Source: Squalus acanthias (lineage: Eukaryota). From it: a stretch of 64,000 nucleotides of DNA. Below, in pieces: positions 12,755 to 25,803 of the stretch. The translations under genes were made by a program, and so were the position numbers. The number at the start of each line of letters is the position of its first letter. Positions within the stretch are counted from its first letter, which is position 1. A model generated the notes under the pieces. That model was not told where the DNA came from and did not search any database. It was given only the letters and a program-made list of their open reading frames with translations. The stretch covers positions 68,202,001 through 68,266,000 of the forward strand of contig CM059432.1 of assembly GCA_030390025.1 (NCBI GenBank), in the 5' to 3' direction.

Positions 12755-13480
12755 GGGTCGAAAATTGATCCCGGGACGCGAGAGTACGCACTGCATACTC
12801 TCGCGTATTCCCACTCCAATTGCCGGTTTTCTGCATGCCCTGCGCATGCGCTGAAAACCGGCAATTGCTCTTCCGAAAAGGGGGCGGGGCCTGGGTGCAT
12901 CGCGTGCGCGCTACAGGCTGCGCGCACGCTGTGCACTTCATGCTTTGGACGCGCAGGTAAGTAGGGAAGATTTTGGAAATGTAAAAAGGAGGAGTAAGAC
13001 CCGCTTTTAAGAAGGCAAGTAGTGAATTAAGTATTTTTTTGAATTTTTTTTTTTACAGGTATATCTTTTTTATAGACTTTAAAGACAGGTAAGTTTATTT
13101 TTATAACTTTTTAAAAGATTTTAAATTTTTTCAAAAATTTAATTTTTTATTTAAAATGGTTAATTTAATTAACTATACTTATTTTATTAATGTGATGGTT
13201 TTTTTTTAAAATTTAATTGAGGTTTAGCTGTTATTTTGGGGGGGTGTAAGATTCGTGAGACTTATGAATGGAAGATGGTGTGCTGCCATTGGCTCTAACT
13301 GAGTCACGTGATCCCACAGCTCGCACGAATTCACTACGCCGCTGGGATACGCAAGCCCAGCACAGCAGCTGTCCAGAACATCAAGTTCGTGCGAGCTGGA
13401 TCAGAAAAAGCATAAGCGAGGTGAGACATCGCGGGGAAGGCTTACCCCCGCGGGAACAGAGCGAGATCAATTTCTGGGCC
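12755..13480. mobile_element. Harbinger-type MITE
   Basis: TIRs GGGTCGAAAATTGATC / GATCAATTTCTGGGCC, 3-bp TSD ATG, AT-rich core. Confidence 0.75.
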
Positions 13481-13805
13481 ATGATTTTCACAGACTCAAG
13501 TGATAAAAACATTGATATGGTTTTCTTGTAACCCTGATGGGCAAGGTCACTGCAGGAAAAAGCTAAGAATTCCAACAGAGCTAATGTCAGTAAACTCTAC
13601 ACAAACAAAAGGTACTTTGTCTTAGTAACGATTATGCCTTTCTTTGGCGTGAAGTAAGAAATTAAGATCTTAAAATAATTTAGCACATTCTGCAGTATAG
13701 AATCCACAGCAGATGACTTTTGCCATTTCATTCACTGACTGCATCTGTAGTATTTTCCAGCAATAGAATCAGTGTTGTTGTTACTAAGCTTACTTAATAC
13801 ACTAG

Positions 13806-14262
13806 TATCAGCTGTGGCTCAGTGGGTAGCACTCTTGCCTCGGAGTCAGAAAGTTGTGGGTTCAAGTCCCACTCTAGAGGCTTGAGCACAAAAATCTAGA
13901 CAGACACTCCAGTGCAGTGCTGAGGGAATGTTGCATTGTCAGAGGTGCAGTCTTTCGGATGAGACGTTAAACCGAGGCCCCATCTGCTCTCTCTAGTGGA
14001 CGTAAAAGATCCTATGGCACTATTTTGAAGAGCAGGGGAGTTATCCCGGGTGTCCTAGACAATATTCATCCCTCAATCAACATCTAAAACAGATTATCTG
14101 GTCATTATCACATTGTGGGAGCTTGCTATGCGCAAATTGGCTGCCACATTTCCTACATTACAACAGTGACTACACTTCAAAAAAGTACTTAATTGGCCGT
14201 AAAGCGCTTTGGGACATCCAGTGGTCATGAAAGGTGCTATACAAATGCACGTCTTCTTTTTT
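13806..14262 (+). mobile_element. tRNA-derived SINE with Deu domain (SacSINE1-like)
   Basis: Box A TGGCTCAGTGGG and box B GGTTCAAGTCC; Deu-like core GATTATCTGGTCATTATCACATTG...GCAAATTGGCTGCC; L2-like tail. Fragments also at about 3590-3690 and 10560-10680. Confidence 0.85.
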
Positions 14263-14307
14263 ATCCTTAAGCTATGAGGAAAATGACACTTAAGCCACTA
14301 ATCTTTA

Positions 14308-14437
14308 TAGAAACATAGAAAAATTGGAGCAGGAGTAGGCCCTTCGGCCCTGCTCCACCATTCAATATCATGGCTGATCCGCTATCTCAATACCATATCC
14401 CCGCTCTCTCCCCATACCCCTTGATGCCTTGTGTCTG
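14308..14437 (-). mobile_element. CR1 3' tail fragment
   Basis: AGAAACATAGAAAAATTGGAGCAGGAGTAGGCC matches the reverse CR1 tail seen at 51667. Confidence 0.7.
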
Positions 14438-14528
14438 ATATACTTTCCACTGGCAGTACTGAGGGCATTATTCCAAACATTGAGAATACCTAATTAGCCC
14501 AAGTAAAACAGTTTAAAAAAAAAATTAC

Positions 14529-14633
14529 CTGGGAACTCAGCTGAGTTTTGATCCAATTGAAATAGTAGTTCAGATCACTCCCTTCCATCAATTCACGCCC
14601 CCAAGCAGCTAGCTTTGCTATAATTCTTGCAGC
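14529..14633 (-). CDS. ATP6V1H: V-type proton ATPase subunit H, coding exon 5 (105 nt); gene continues beyond the left edge
   Basis: Encodes AARIIAKLAAWGRELMEGSDLNYYFNWIKTQLSSQ, flanked by tcgcag and gtaatt. Confidence 0.97.
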
Positions 14634-15150
14634 CTGCGAGTATAAAATGCAAAATTTCAGTAACATTCACATTTGAAATCTACATAAATTTGTACCATCT
14701 CAAAACACATCTTTTCTTTTACATCTACATTTATTTTAGCAATTAAGGAAAAACCTGAAAATGCTAGAAACCAAATAACAGAAAATGCTGGAAACACAGG
14801 CAAGTCAGAATCTGAGAAGACAACAAACAAATCAACTTGTCTATTTACTCCAGCAGCTTCATTTGTATTCATATGCGCCAACACAACCACTTTTGGTGAT
14901 TATAATTATAATTTCAGATTTTTTTATTTACAAAAAAACTGAAATTATCACTAAGAGCAGCAGAGGGCTACTACTGACAACAGGGGAGAAAATGTAAAAG
15001 CAAGTCTCATAGCAAGACTGTATTCATACAGGATAGTCATGTGGCCTCGGGGATATTTCCCCCCCCCCACCCACCCCAAGTCATTTTCCTCCACTGAATG
15101 CAGAGGTTGAACAAAAAGAAAACACACACAGTTTTTATTTCAAGAACTTA

Positions 15151-15650
15151 GGGCCAACATTTGCGATCGGAGGCTTCCTGCGGGCGGACGCCTCCGACCT
15201 GCAAAATTTCTACGAAAGTACCTGGTGACCCGGGAAGAATAGTGGCTTGCACTTCTGGGCCTCCCTGGGTCCGCGCGAGCAGAGCCCCACGTATCCCAGG
15301 GGCGCTTGCGGTTCATAGGCGCTCCTGGGATCACGTGGGCCGGCCCAATCAGTAAAAGAGAATCCCCCCTCATACTTTTGACAGGTCCGTACATACGGAA
15401 CTGTCAAAAGAATGAATGGGGATCACTTAAAAAATACACCAACACATGAAATAAAACAATTTAAATTACATATTTAAAATTAATTAAAATGCCATTTAAT
15501 TAAATATTAAACAAATTTATTTGAAAAAAATTACATGTTTTTACAGGGCTAAAAATAAACTTACCTTTTTGAAGAATATTTTTAATTTATAAATGAGTGA
15601 TAAAATTTTATTTTTCTATTTTTTTTTAAACTCTTATGCTGGTAAAAGCA
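15151..15650. mobile_element. Harbinger-type MITE, partial (same family as 861-1400)
   Basis: Starts GGGCCAACATTTGCGATCGGAGGCTTCC, matching the reverse complement of the 1400 end; AT-rich core. Confidence 0.65.
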
Positions 15651-16297
15651 GCAAATAGAAATGCTTCCAAAGCTAACCTCTCCAATGAAATACAAATGTA
15701 AAGATATTATATAAAATAATCTTATGTTCCATATAATGTGAAGACTTACATCACAGTTATAAAAAAAACCTAGGAATGATAAATGAAGAACTAGAGAGGA
15801 AATTGGGCACTATTGTCATTATCTCAAAAGACTAAATGTAAAATCAAAGAAAAAGCAATCTGGAACAAAATTGGGAGAGGTGGAGAACAAAAGCAACATG
15901 CAAACTTTTTTTTAAAGTGTGTGAGAAAGCCAAGTCTCGCAAGAAAAAAATCCAGAGATAATAAAGAATTCAATCTATTTGAACATGAGCAGGCTTTCAA
16001 ATACACAAGCAGTTTGCTTTTAGGTTTTCAATTAGAAATCAGAAACACAGTAGTTGAATCTCTGATCACAGCACAGTGGGCCTGCTCACAGGAAGGTGAA
16101 CTGTTCTGGAAGCAGTTTATAAACAAGGCTCTTTTGAACAAAAATTCCCATAAGGGCTCTAGCTGGGGATTTAACTGGGCGACAGTGCAGTGTGCTATCA
16201 CTAATCAGTGGACGATAAGAGTGAAACAATGAGCACACTTTGCCCAAGAAAAGTGACATTTTGTGAAAACCAAGTGCCAACGTCAAGCTAAAAGAGT

Positions 16298-16460
16298 GGC
16301 CTAGAAATTCATCTCGGACAGTGATGCAAAACATGCAGCATCAAATCAGCCGCCCATTATACACAGCGCCTGATATTCCGTTCCAATGGCGCGGTGTATA
16401 ACAGATGACCGATCCGATACCGCCAGTTTTGTGCCACCGCCCGAGACAAATGTCTAGGCC
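16298..16460. mobile_element. Short MITE, 163 bp
   Basis: TIRs GGCCTAGAAATTCATCTCGG / CCGAGACAAATGTCTAGGCC and 3-bp TSD AGT. Confidence 0.8.
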
Positions 16461-16549
16461 AGTGTCTTGTAGTGCAAATGGACCTCATTGATGTTGGATT
16501 AGAGATATTTTTCTGTATTTCTCCGATTCATACATCGCAATATTTATGA

Positions 16550-17053
16550 GGTCATCCAAAACTCGGCTGCCCATGTCCTATCTCGCACCAAGTCCCGTTC
16601 ACCCATTACCCCTGTACTCACTGACCTACATTGGCTCCCGCTTAAGCAATGCCTCGATTTCAAAATTCCCATCCTTGTTTTCAAATCCCTCCATGGCCTC
16701 GCCCCTCCCTATCTCTAATTTCCTCCAACCCCACAACCACCACCCGAGATATCTGCACTCCTCTAAATCTGCCCTCTTGAGCATCCCCGATTATAAATCG
16801 CTCAACCATTGGTGGCCATGCCTTCTGTTGCCTAGGCCGCAAGCTCTGGAATTCCCTCCCTAAACCCCTCTGCGTTTCTTTTCTCCTTTAGGACGCTCCT
16901 TAAAACCTACCTCTTTGACAAGCTTTTTGGTCATCTGCCCTAATTTACCCTTATGTGGCTTGGAATCAATTTTTTTGTCTTATAATACTCCCGTGAAGTG
17001 CCTTGGGGCGTTTTACTACATTAAAGGCGCTATATAAATACAAGTTGTTGTTG
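16550..17053 (+). mobile_element. L2 LINE 3' end
   Basis: PITPVLTDLHWLP-like coding remnant and tail GGCGCTATATAAATACAAGTTGTTGTTG. Confidence 0.85.
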
Positions 17054-17599
17054 AAGTTTGGATCTGCAAGTCAGTTTTCCAACTGCACCATGTAAATTAT
17101 CTGTAACAGAGCCTTTTCATCTAAACCTTTCAATTCACATGAAGGTGTTTTTGAAGAATATAAAAGTAACATGAACAAAACATGCAGCTTTTCTGATCAG
17201 GTACAATTTGTTCAACAGCAGCAGCTAACAGCAATTCTGAATATTGCAGTTCAGTCTGCTAAACTTTGGAATGTGGGTGGAGGTCCAGGAAAATGGAGTA
17301 CTCCCTTACTATCTTAGTCATCTGCAGAAATCTAGACCGTATAATAAGTGAATGCGGCCTTCTCCTCCACTGGGACCCTCAGGAAGGGGAGAGGCTACCA
17401 GAGAGCACCCTTGGGTGACTAAATAGTAGACAGGAACAAACAACTTCTTGTGGAGACCCTAATAGCTTCCCATTAATAACCCTTTGCAGGGAAAAAAGTT
17501 CTTCTAACCGCCCTCTTTATGCTTTTAGCTCTAAAACTAAACTCATATCCCTCTTATGACCAATTTACCAACCAGATGAAATAATCTCATTATTGATTT

Positions 17600-18069
17600 T
17601 CTTGAAACCCAGCAAGGCCAGGGATGCAGAGGTTCTACTGAACTTAGCGGCAGGACCTCATCATGGTTTCCTGCCCGGCAGCCAGCCAAACTGACAGACT
17701 GGCCGGCAGAAAAACTAGCAGCAGGAGGCTGCAGCCAGGGACAGTTGGGGAAGGTCCCCGGCAATCGTAATCCTGGGGCAGGCGAAAGATCGAGGGTTAG
17801 AGGTTGCCGATTGCGGTGGGGGGGAAAAAAGAGGCCGCAGTCAGCAGAAGGGAGGCCAAAGGTTTGCTTGAAAGGCCACGGGGAGCACTCCTGCTCCTCC
17901 TGGCCCACAAGGATTGCTATATAAAGCACTTACCTTTTTGAGCCGGCAGCTCTCGCCTCCCTTTCGCTACCGCGCTGGGTTAGGGACGCATTCCCCATTT
18001 TTTTTTTATATATAAAAAACAGTTTAACCACCCCCTCCCACACGTTGTGGGAGAGTCAATATCGACCCC
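17600..18069. mobile_element. Partial GC-rich MITE-like element
   Basis: GC-rich block ending CAATATCGACCCC, similar to other MITE termini here; left end not resolved. Confidence 0.4.
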
Positions 18070-19386
18070 AATGTCTTTTCTATAAGTGGCCAAAACTGCA
18101 CACAGCACTCCATGGTCTAGCCAATGTCTTAAATTAATTGCCGTCTCCTTGCTTTCCAGGGGGAGAGAAAGACACATTTACTTTTAGGGACTTATTTCTA
18201 CTTGCATTACTGCTTTTAAAGATCTGTATACCTGTAATTTCTTTGGTAATATTCTCAATGAGTGGAGGAACATTTAGGTCATATTTCTGTTCTGTTCTTT
18301 TCAGTCAATAAAAGTAATTCACTGGGATGTTCGGAGGACATGGTCAGGTGCTATATAAATTTAAGTCTGTTTTCCCTACAATGCACTACTTCACATTTAT
18401 ACATGGTGAACTGCATTTGCCACAAATTTACAACTACCCTAACCAGTCTAGATCTTCCTCTCGGTGCTCTGCATTCTTCTCTATTATTTGCCTGGCCTCA
18501 TAATTTGATGTCAGCAAATTATTTAATACATAGCTCCACTGTGCCAATATCATTTATGTATATGGATCAAGAGAGATCCCAACACAGATCCCTCAGGCAC
18601 AGCTCCAGCTGGCTCTTGCTCCAAAAAACATCCATTTACTCCTTCTCTCTATCCTTCAGCCAATCCCTCTAGCCATGCTGCCACTTTAATGCCATGGCCT
18701 AACTGTTTTTGCAAGTCTAAATATATTGCAACTACTGCATTCTCTTCAACTACATGCTTGGTAATTTCCTTAAACTGTTTGATTAAATTAGTGAAGCATG
18801 GCCAGCACGGTTCAAATTCATGCTGACTGCATCTATGGAAAGAACAGACAAATCGTCCACAAACCCGAATCATCTTGTTTGTTCTCCCCACAGATGCTGC
18901 CTGACCTGCTGGGTGTTTCCAGCATTTTCTGCTTTCATTTCTAGACTAATTAAAAGTTGAGAAAGTACTGAACAACATCCCAGTTGACCAGAGGAGTGTT
19001 TACTTTTAATGCAACATGCTCTAATCAGCAAGATTGAAGAGGTTTTATTTCCCGTATGTTTTGTTTGACTTGCAAATTTAATGGTGCTAGAGCTGTTGGA
19101 CTGAATGGTCAAGTGAATTCAATCTCCTCCGTGTGGGTAGGGGCTTGCATTCGCTGACTGGCTAACTCCCATAATTCTGCTTCTTCTGTTTTAAAGATTG
19201 CCTCTGGCAGTTTTGACTAAGAATTAAGAGTACAGGTGCACCAAGAGGAGAAAAACTAAGTTTTTTTCTCACTCAACCATTTCACATATTCTGGGCCAAC
19301 AATTTGGTTTGTAAAGCCAAAGGAAATTTGAGCAATTTTCACGTCCATCTGCAACAGAGAATGAAGTGGTAGCAGGTGAACATCAG

Positions 19387-19912
19387 GGGGCAAAAATTGG
19401 CTCACGCTCCCTTTGGGGCAATAACTTTGCTACTTTTAACGCCCGAAAAAGTTACTGCCCCCGCGCCCAAAATTGAATGGTAGCGCCCCAAGCAGGAGGC
19501 GGGGCGCTACTGGAAGCGTCCCCCTCCCTCTTGGGGTGCTCCAATTCAATATTGCGGCGCTATGTGCAGCAGCACCACGCACGCCAGCACGTAGCACCGC
19601 GGTACTGCAGGCCTCCCTCCCCTGATTAAAGGGGAGGGGCCTAGCGCAGCGCAGGGTGCCGGCAAGAGAGCCCGGCAGTCAAGGGACAGGCTGACAGATT
19701 ACAGCCGGCACCCCGCAGCAAGAGGCCAGAGGGGGCAGGTGCTGGCAGGCAGCCCAAAAAAAGCCACCCAGCACCTGCCCTTTAATTATCGCCCCCCTGA
19801 CCCTGTCGGACATAGCGTCCAGCGGTAGGTCAGGGGGAGCGAGCCAAGTTTGCAAGCGGGGCGCTGCGCACGGCGCTAACGGGAGACACAAAGCAACCTA
19901 ATTTTTCCCTCC
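19387..19912. mobile_element. GC-rich Harbinger-type MITE
   Basis: Imperfect TIRs GGGGCAAAAATTGG / CCTAATTTTTCCCTCC, putative TSD CAG, many (A)GCGCC motifs. Confidence 0.65.
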
Positions 19913-20887
19913 CAGGTCTTTTCAGTCATTATCTTAGTGAATCTCTGCAAGTTTACTTTCAAATTTCAGCTAGCAGCACAAGATGCACATTGGGAGCCAG
20001 TGCCATTAGCAGGGGTCTTCCAAGGAACTCTGTTTAAGAAGCTTTCAATCCAAGGGACTAAATTGAGGTACAAAGACTGAAAAACCCAAAACCTTCCTCC
20101 CCATATGAATTGCCAGAGTATCTTGGGTATTATTGCTCTGCATTTATTTAAATCAGCTGATATCAAGAGCTACATACTTTCTTTCTCCCACCCTCCTGCA
20201 ATTTCTTTTAATAAAATAGCAATTTTGTGGCAGATGGACAGATTTTTCCTTAAAGTTATGGTCGGCCCAGGCTCAGAGCAGATTCAAATTAGCCCAAGCC
20301 AAGTTCTCGTGTGCAGTCTACAACTGAAAGGGAACACAATTATATAAAAATAAACTAAAAAAACACTAGACACCAGTAACAGTCAATACATATTATAAAC
20401 CTTCTTCAAATCACTAAGCTATGGGACCGGACAGTAGAAATTAGGAAATTCTAATTCTAGGAGCAGAGAACCTTCCTAATGATGAGAAAAATTAACTAGA
20501 GCTATTGCGGTGTTAATGGGACTTTATACCAGACAGGATATCACATCCATCACCACCCAGCATAATATTATGAACAGAATTTTCATGACCAAGCTTAGCA
20601 TGTGATTTCCCAAAACCAAATCAAGCTTTGCTAAGTCCCTACAGTTTGTGTTGGATGATTGCTCGAATAAAAAAAGAGCTTTGAGGCAGTGTGGGTAAGC
20701 TGGGGTAGTGCAAGGACTCCATTTTGACATGCCATCTTACAGCAGCAAGGAGATATAAAAGCTCAAGCCATATAAATCCATGAGAGAGATGAGATCAACT
20801 CGTAATTAATAAGTTCTTAACCCTCTGTATTGTTACTTGGGATTTTTTTGATAGCAGTTACAATGCAACAAAACACTCTTTACTCAC

Positions 20888-21001
20888 CATATGAACAGTA
20901 AATAGATCCTGTCGATTTAACATCGGTAAAAAGTAGGACCAGGCAGTGTTCTTGGTTTTTTTGGCATAATCAAAGAAAATGTTGACTCGTTGGTGGTTTT
21001 C
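20888..21001 (-). CDS. ATP6V1H: V-type proton ATPase subunit H, coding exon 4 (114 nt)
   Basis: Encodes ENHQRVNIFFDYAKKTKNTAWSYFLPMLNRQDLFTVHM, flanked by aatag and gtgagt. Confidence 0.97.
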
Positions 21002-21809
21002 CTATTTTAAGCAAACACTATTTGTAACATCAATACATATATAACATTTACTCTCAAAAAGCTAAAATGAGAACTATGATTTAACCATAAACATTTTTTA
21101 GTACTGATAAGATATAAAAACCAACTTGCAATACCCATGGCTGAAAAGTTAGTAATTACACTTGAGTCTCAATTTTATATACCCACTTCCACACTAATGT
21201 CAGATCAAAAGGACCTCCCCATGCTGCCAAACACCAGCAGCCCACTCCAGTACTGTCAAACTCCAGGACCCTGCCCCCAATTCTGCACAAACCCCAGGAC
21301 CATCCTCCAGTGTTACCAAAACTCAGGACTGCAGCTAAACCCAATTTCCCTTCTCCAGCACTGCTAAATACCAAATATCTACATTCAGGTTGTGCATCTT
21401 CAATACCATCTCAGCTGTATTCTCAGCTTTAGACATGGTAAGGCATCAAAATGAAATGCATATAAAAAGGATACATATAAAATATATAAGGGCACTCATT
21501 TACATTTTTCACAGAATAATGGACAGAGTTCTGAAATTTAATTGCCAAAGCACCAGTTTTAAAAAAAAAATCCCGGAATGCATTTAAAAATAAATAAATT
21601 TGACTTATTTAGACATCGCAAATCTGGTCCTGATATTTTTTACATGGCATAAACACCTTCGGACTCACCATGAGCAATTCTACGAGGAGATCTACAAGTA
21701 TACTGTAAATATCTAATCATAGCAGTTCTGGTATGGTCAATCTCAATTATTCCTAGTGGTACGGCCCTTGAGCAGATTTAAGTGTGTGGGAAGCCTACAA
21801 GTACCATAG

Positions 21810-22325
21810 CTGAATATTCCAATGCACTTCTGGCCAGCCTCCCACGTTCTACCCTCCATAAACTCTGCTGCCCTTGTCATAACTCGCACCAAGTTCCATT
21901 CACCCATCACCACTGCTTGCTGACCTACATTGTTCCAGGTTAAGCAATGTCCCGATTTTAAAATTCTATCCTAGTTTTAAAATCCCTTCATGGAACCCCC
22001 CCCCCCCCCCCCCCCAATCTCTGGAATCTCCTCCAGCCCCACAACCACACCCACCCAAAGATCTCGGTGCTCCTCCAATTCGGGTCTCTTGAGCATCCCC
22101 GATTTTAATCGCTCCATTGGCGGCCTTGCCTTCAGGTGCCCAGGCCCTAAGCTTCTTCGCCTCTCTATCTCTCTTCCCTCCTTTAAGAAGCTCCTTAAAA
22201 TCTACCTCATCTGCCCTGATATCCCATGTGGCTCGGTGTCAAATTTTGTTTGATAATGCTCCTGTGAAGCACCTTAGGACATTTTACTACGTTAAAGGAG
22301 CTATACAAATATAAGTTGTTGTTGT
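21810..22325 (+). mobile_element. L2 LINE 3' end
   Basis: Same family and tail as 16550-17053; contains a poly-C run near 21996-22016. Confidence 0.8.
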
Positions 22326-23139
22326 AGTTGGCCTTATAAAGCAGCTTTTACCTTTATTGGATTTGCAAATGTAATACTGTGGGATGTGCACCAATATATT
22401 TGATCTTTTTCCAGCCAACTACCGAATATAAAAGTCACAGGCAAGCATCATTATTGCAGCTGTGTGCAATGTCAGATTTTACCTGAAATATTTATTTATG
22501 ACCACCGCCATATATTGAAACTATCTTTGGAAAGCTCCTCCAGGGAGCCTTGTAAGTGCATTTTGTTTTGTGGGATTGATCACCAAGATCAGAGACAGAG
22601 AGAAGAGGGGGTGGAGATTGGCGTGATGAACATTAACATATAGGTAGCCTGTGGCCACTACTGAAGGGATGTCAAGTCCTCTGACCTATAACTTATCCAG
22701 ACAGTGGAGAAGGCTCTGTTGAAGAGATCAAAATGAACTTTACATACAACACCACGAAGATGGTAGACACCATTAACCCAGAACACAAGTAATGCTGCAT
22801 ACAAAACGTAAACACCATTAATAAAAAGCATGGCAGGATACCCTTCTTCTAGAAGTGGGCTTCTATGAACGACTAGTCTTGTATAATGCATAAGATTCCA
22901 TCTACCTCAAATATGGCAGGGTCTGCTGATTCTGTCAACTCTTAATAAACTATTCTTACTAACCAGCTTTCCAGATACGGGTTCATATGTAGTTCTAGTC
23001 TCACAAAGGCGTCCCCTATTGTGACACCCCAGGAGAGGATATCAGACCCAACAGCAGCATTTAGCACCCAATATTAAATCTCAAGTACTTCTTGTAGGTT
23101 TCCGTCATGCCAATCTTAAAATATAATCCCTTCAGCAAC

Positions 23140-25620
23140 AGAATGCAAGGATGCACTAAGAGATTAAATTAGGACAGAATCTGTGCTGACAGAATTAAGA
23201 ATTAGGAAGAAAGGTGGCACAATTTTCAATGTGCATTACAGACCAACAAACAATGGATAAGATAGAGGCGGAGATCTGCAGATAGTTCAGAGGGATATGC
23301 AAGAACAGGGTAATAACACTGGGTGATTTTAACTCTCAAAAGAGACTGGAATAAAGGCAATGCATATGGTCAAAGAGGGGAATCACTTTTTAGAATGCAT
23401 CCAGGATTGTTATATTTCTCATTCAGCAAGGAAAGAAACATTGCTCGATTTAGTCCTGGAAATGAAGTGGGCAAATAGCTGGTGAGAATAGGAGAACAAC
23501 TAGGAAATAGTAACAACATAATTGGATTCAATGTAAAAACAGAAAAAGATAATGAAGAGTCAACGATAAAGGTGCTGGACTACAAAATAGCAAACTTCAC
23601 TGAGAAATTGGATGTGGCCTAAATTAACTGAGAAGGAATATTGGAAAACAGGATGACTGATCGACAGTGGGGAATCTTCAATAGGTGGATAGCATACAAA
23701 ATCAAAATATACCAAACAAGGTAAAAAAAGATGCGCCAAAAAATCTGGTTCTCTGGCTAAACAGATTAAAACTAAACAATTAAAACAGGGGCATAAGAGA
23801 AAGTTAGGGCTAACAATACTAAAGATAAATCAGGAGGAATATAGAAAGTGCAGCAGGGTGTTGAAATGGAAGAGTAGAAGGGATAAGAGTGAATATGCAT
23901 ATGACTACAGATAATGGGCTGGATTTTGCTCTCAGGCGGCGAACGAACGGCATGAGCCGTGCATTACACACAGACTTTCTATGGGATTTTGCACTGGAAT
24001 TTACTGTAATTAAAGAGCTAAACGGCACGGCGCCCTCTACAGGGGATTTTGGACCTGCGTGTTGGTATTAGGGAGACAACCTAGCCTAGCAACAGTCGAA
24101 AGGAAAAGAAAAAGAATTACAGATCACCCCAGCAAAAGCCAGTGTTCAAGACTGAAGTAAGGACTTGGGATGTTTATAGTGCCATACTATAGACATCCCA
24201 CTACATACTACTGCAACTTACGCGAAAGGTTGTTGATGTACGCATGTTGTAGAGAAATGTAAACTTGTGTGCGTAAGGAACAGCTGAAGGACACTGCAAA
24301 AAGCTTGTGTGTTAAGTTTTAGAAGAGAGAAACGTACAAGGATGAGCGCATGCCTACGTTCAAATCTGCTGACAAAACTCCACTTGTAAATTATGTTATA
24401 CACTGAAGAAATTATACTCGGCTTTTAGATTATTTTTTCTACTTCAACATAAAAAACGAAGTGATTATAACCACAAGACTGAATTCATTACAGCTCAAGT
24501 GAACAACGGAAGATTGATTAAAATGACACTGCGTGAAAAGGTCAAGCAACTGTGTATCTCCTTAACCAATCAGATTGAAGAATTGTTAGAGTAGTGCTGA
24601 GTCTGAACCAGGAAGTGTCAGTTAGAATATTTAATTCAATGTCAAATCAGTTACAAAGTGAAATAGAGGACAGAAAAATAGGATTGAGAGATAAAAGAAA
24701 AACACTTTTTTTTTTATTATTAATTTTAAGTCTCCAACAATAATGAAAATCTGAAGGGATGAGAGGTCACACTTGTAAAAGTAAATTTTCAGTGCCAGAG
24801 AGGTTGTTTGGCAGTAATTAAGACTCATCATGCCATTAAAAATGTACTTACACTGGAATGGACAAGCCCTAACATTTTCTGGTGAGTTTAGTAGGTATAT
24901 ATTATGCAAGTACAGCAAAACATGCCGTTCCATGTATTTCAATGCCGAGTCTCTTGGCAAGATAGCGGTATGGCGCAGTTTCCAGAGGAGCAGGGCAAGT
25001 TGGACAGCAACTTCCGGATTTCCGTGTTTAACTGCACATGTACGATCAGTTGGAAGTTGCTATCCGATTTACACTTTAAATAACGATGAGCGCCGTTAGC
25101 CTCACCATTATTTCGACAGTAGAATCTAGCCCCATATAAAATGGAAATAGTAAAGGCTTTTATAAGTATACTAAAAGTTTTTTTTTAAAGTTAGCAAAGG
25201 TAGGACCGTGCAAGGATGGAGAGGAAAGTCCAGCTGTGGAGGATAAAGAGGGCAGAGATACAAAATATTATGTCTTAGTTCTTTTAAAACAAATGACAGT
25301 AGAAGGGATAGTGCAGATTTATTAGAGAAGGATATGGAATGCTAGATATAACTGTAGAAAAGAAATTAAGTTTGAAAAAAATTTAGAACAAGTGGATAAG
25401 ACACCAGTCATAATGGCACGTACCTAGGTTGTTGAAAGAAATCAGGAGAGAAGACAGCAGAGGCTCTGAACACAACATTTGAATCACCTTAGATAGGCAA
25501 AGTTGTCAATGGAAAGAAGCCAACATAACATTTGTTCAAGAAGGGAGAGAAGGATAAACTGGGTAACCTATAGACTAGTTAATCCAATGTGAGTTGTGGA
25601 CAGATCGTTGGAATCCAGAG
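23140..25620 (+). mobile_element. Old degenerate CR1 (APE to RT) split by a MITE
   Basis: LGDFN and LLDLVL remnants left of the MITE; FKKGEKDKLGN remnant right of it. Confidence 0.6.
23916..25132. mobile_element. Harbinger-type MITE, about 1.2 kb
   Basis: TIRs GGGCTGGATTTTGCT / AGTAGAATCTAGCCC. Confidence 0.65.
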
Positions 25621-25803
25621 AGGAATAGATTCTACAAGCATCCTCCACAAGGGTCTCAGAACAGCCAGGTGGGAATGTAAAGTGTGGAGGATACCTTTAA
25701 TTATAAGACTGAAGAAGATGACTATGAGGTAGATAACCTTTCATTTCTGTTGATCCTCCCCCACACAATCTTGGAGACTAGAGAAGCAGCTAAAAAAAAA
25801 AAA

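Noticed and set aside
13810..13880. tRNA gene
   Set aside because: The A and B boxes belong to a SINE head continuing into a Deu domain.
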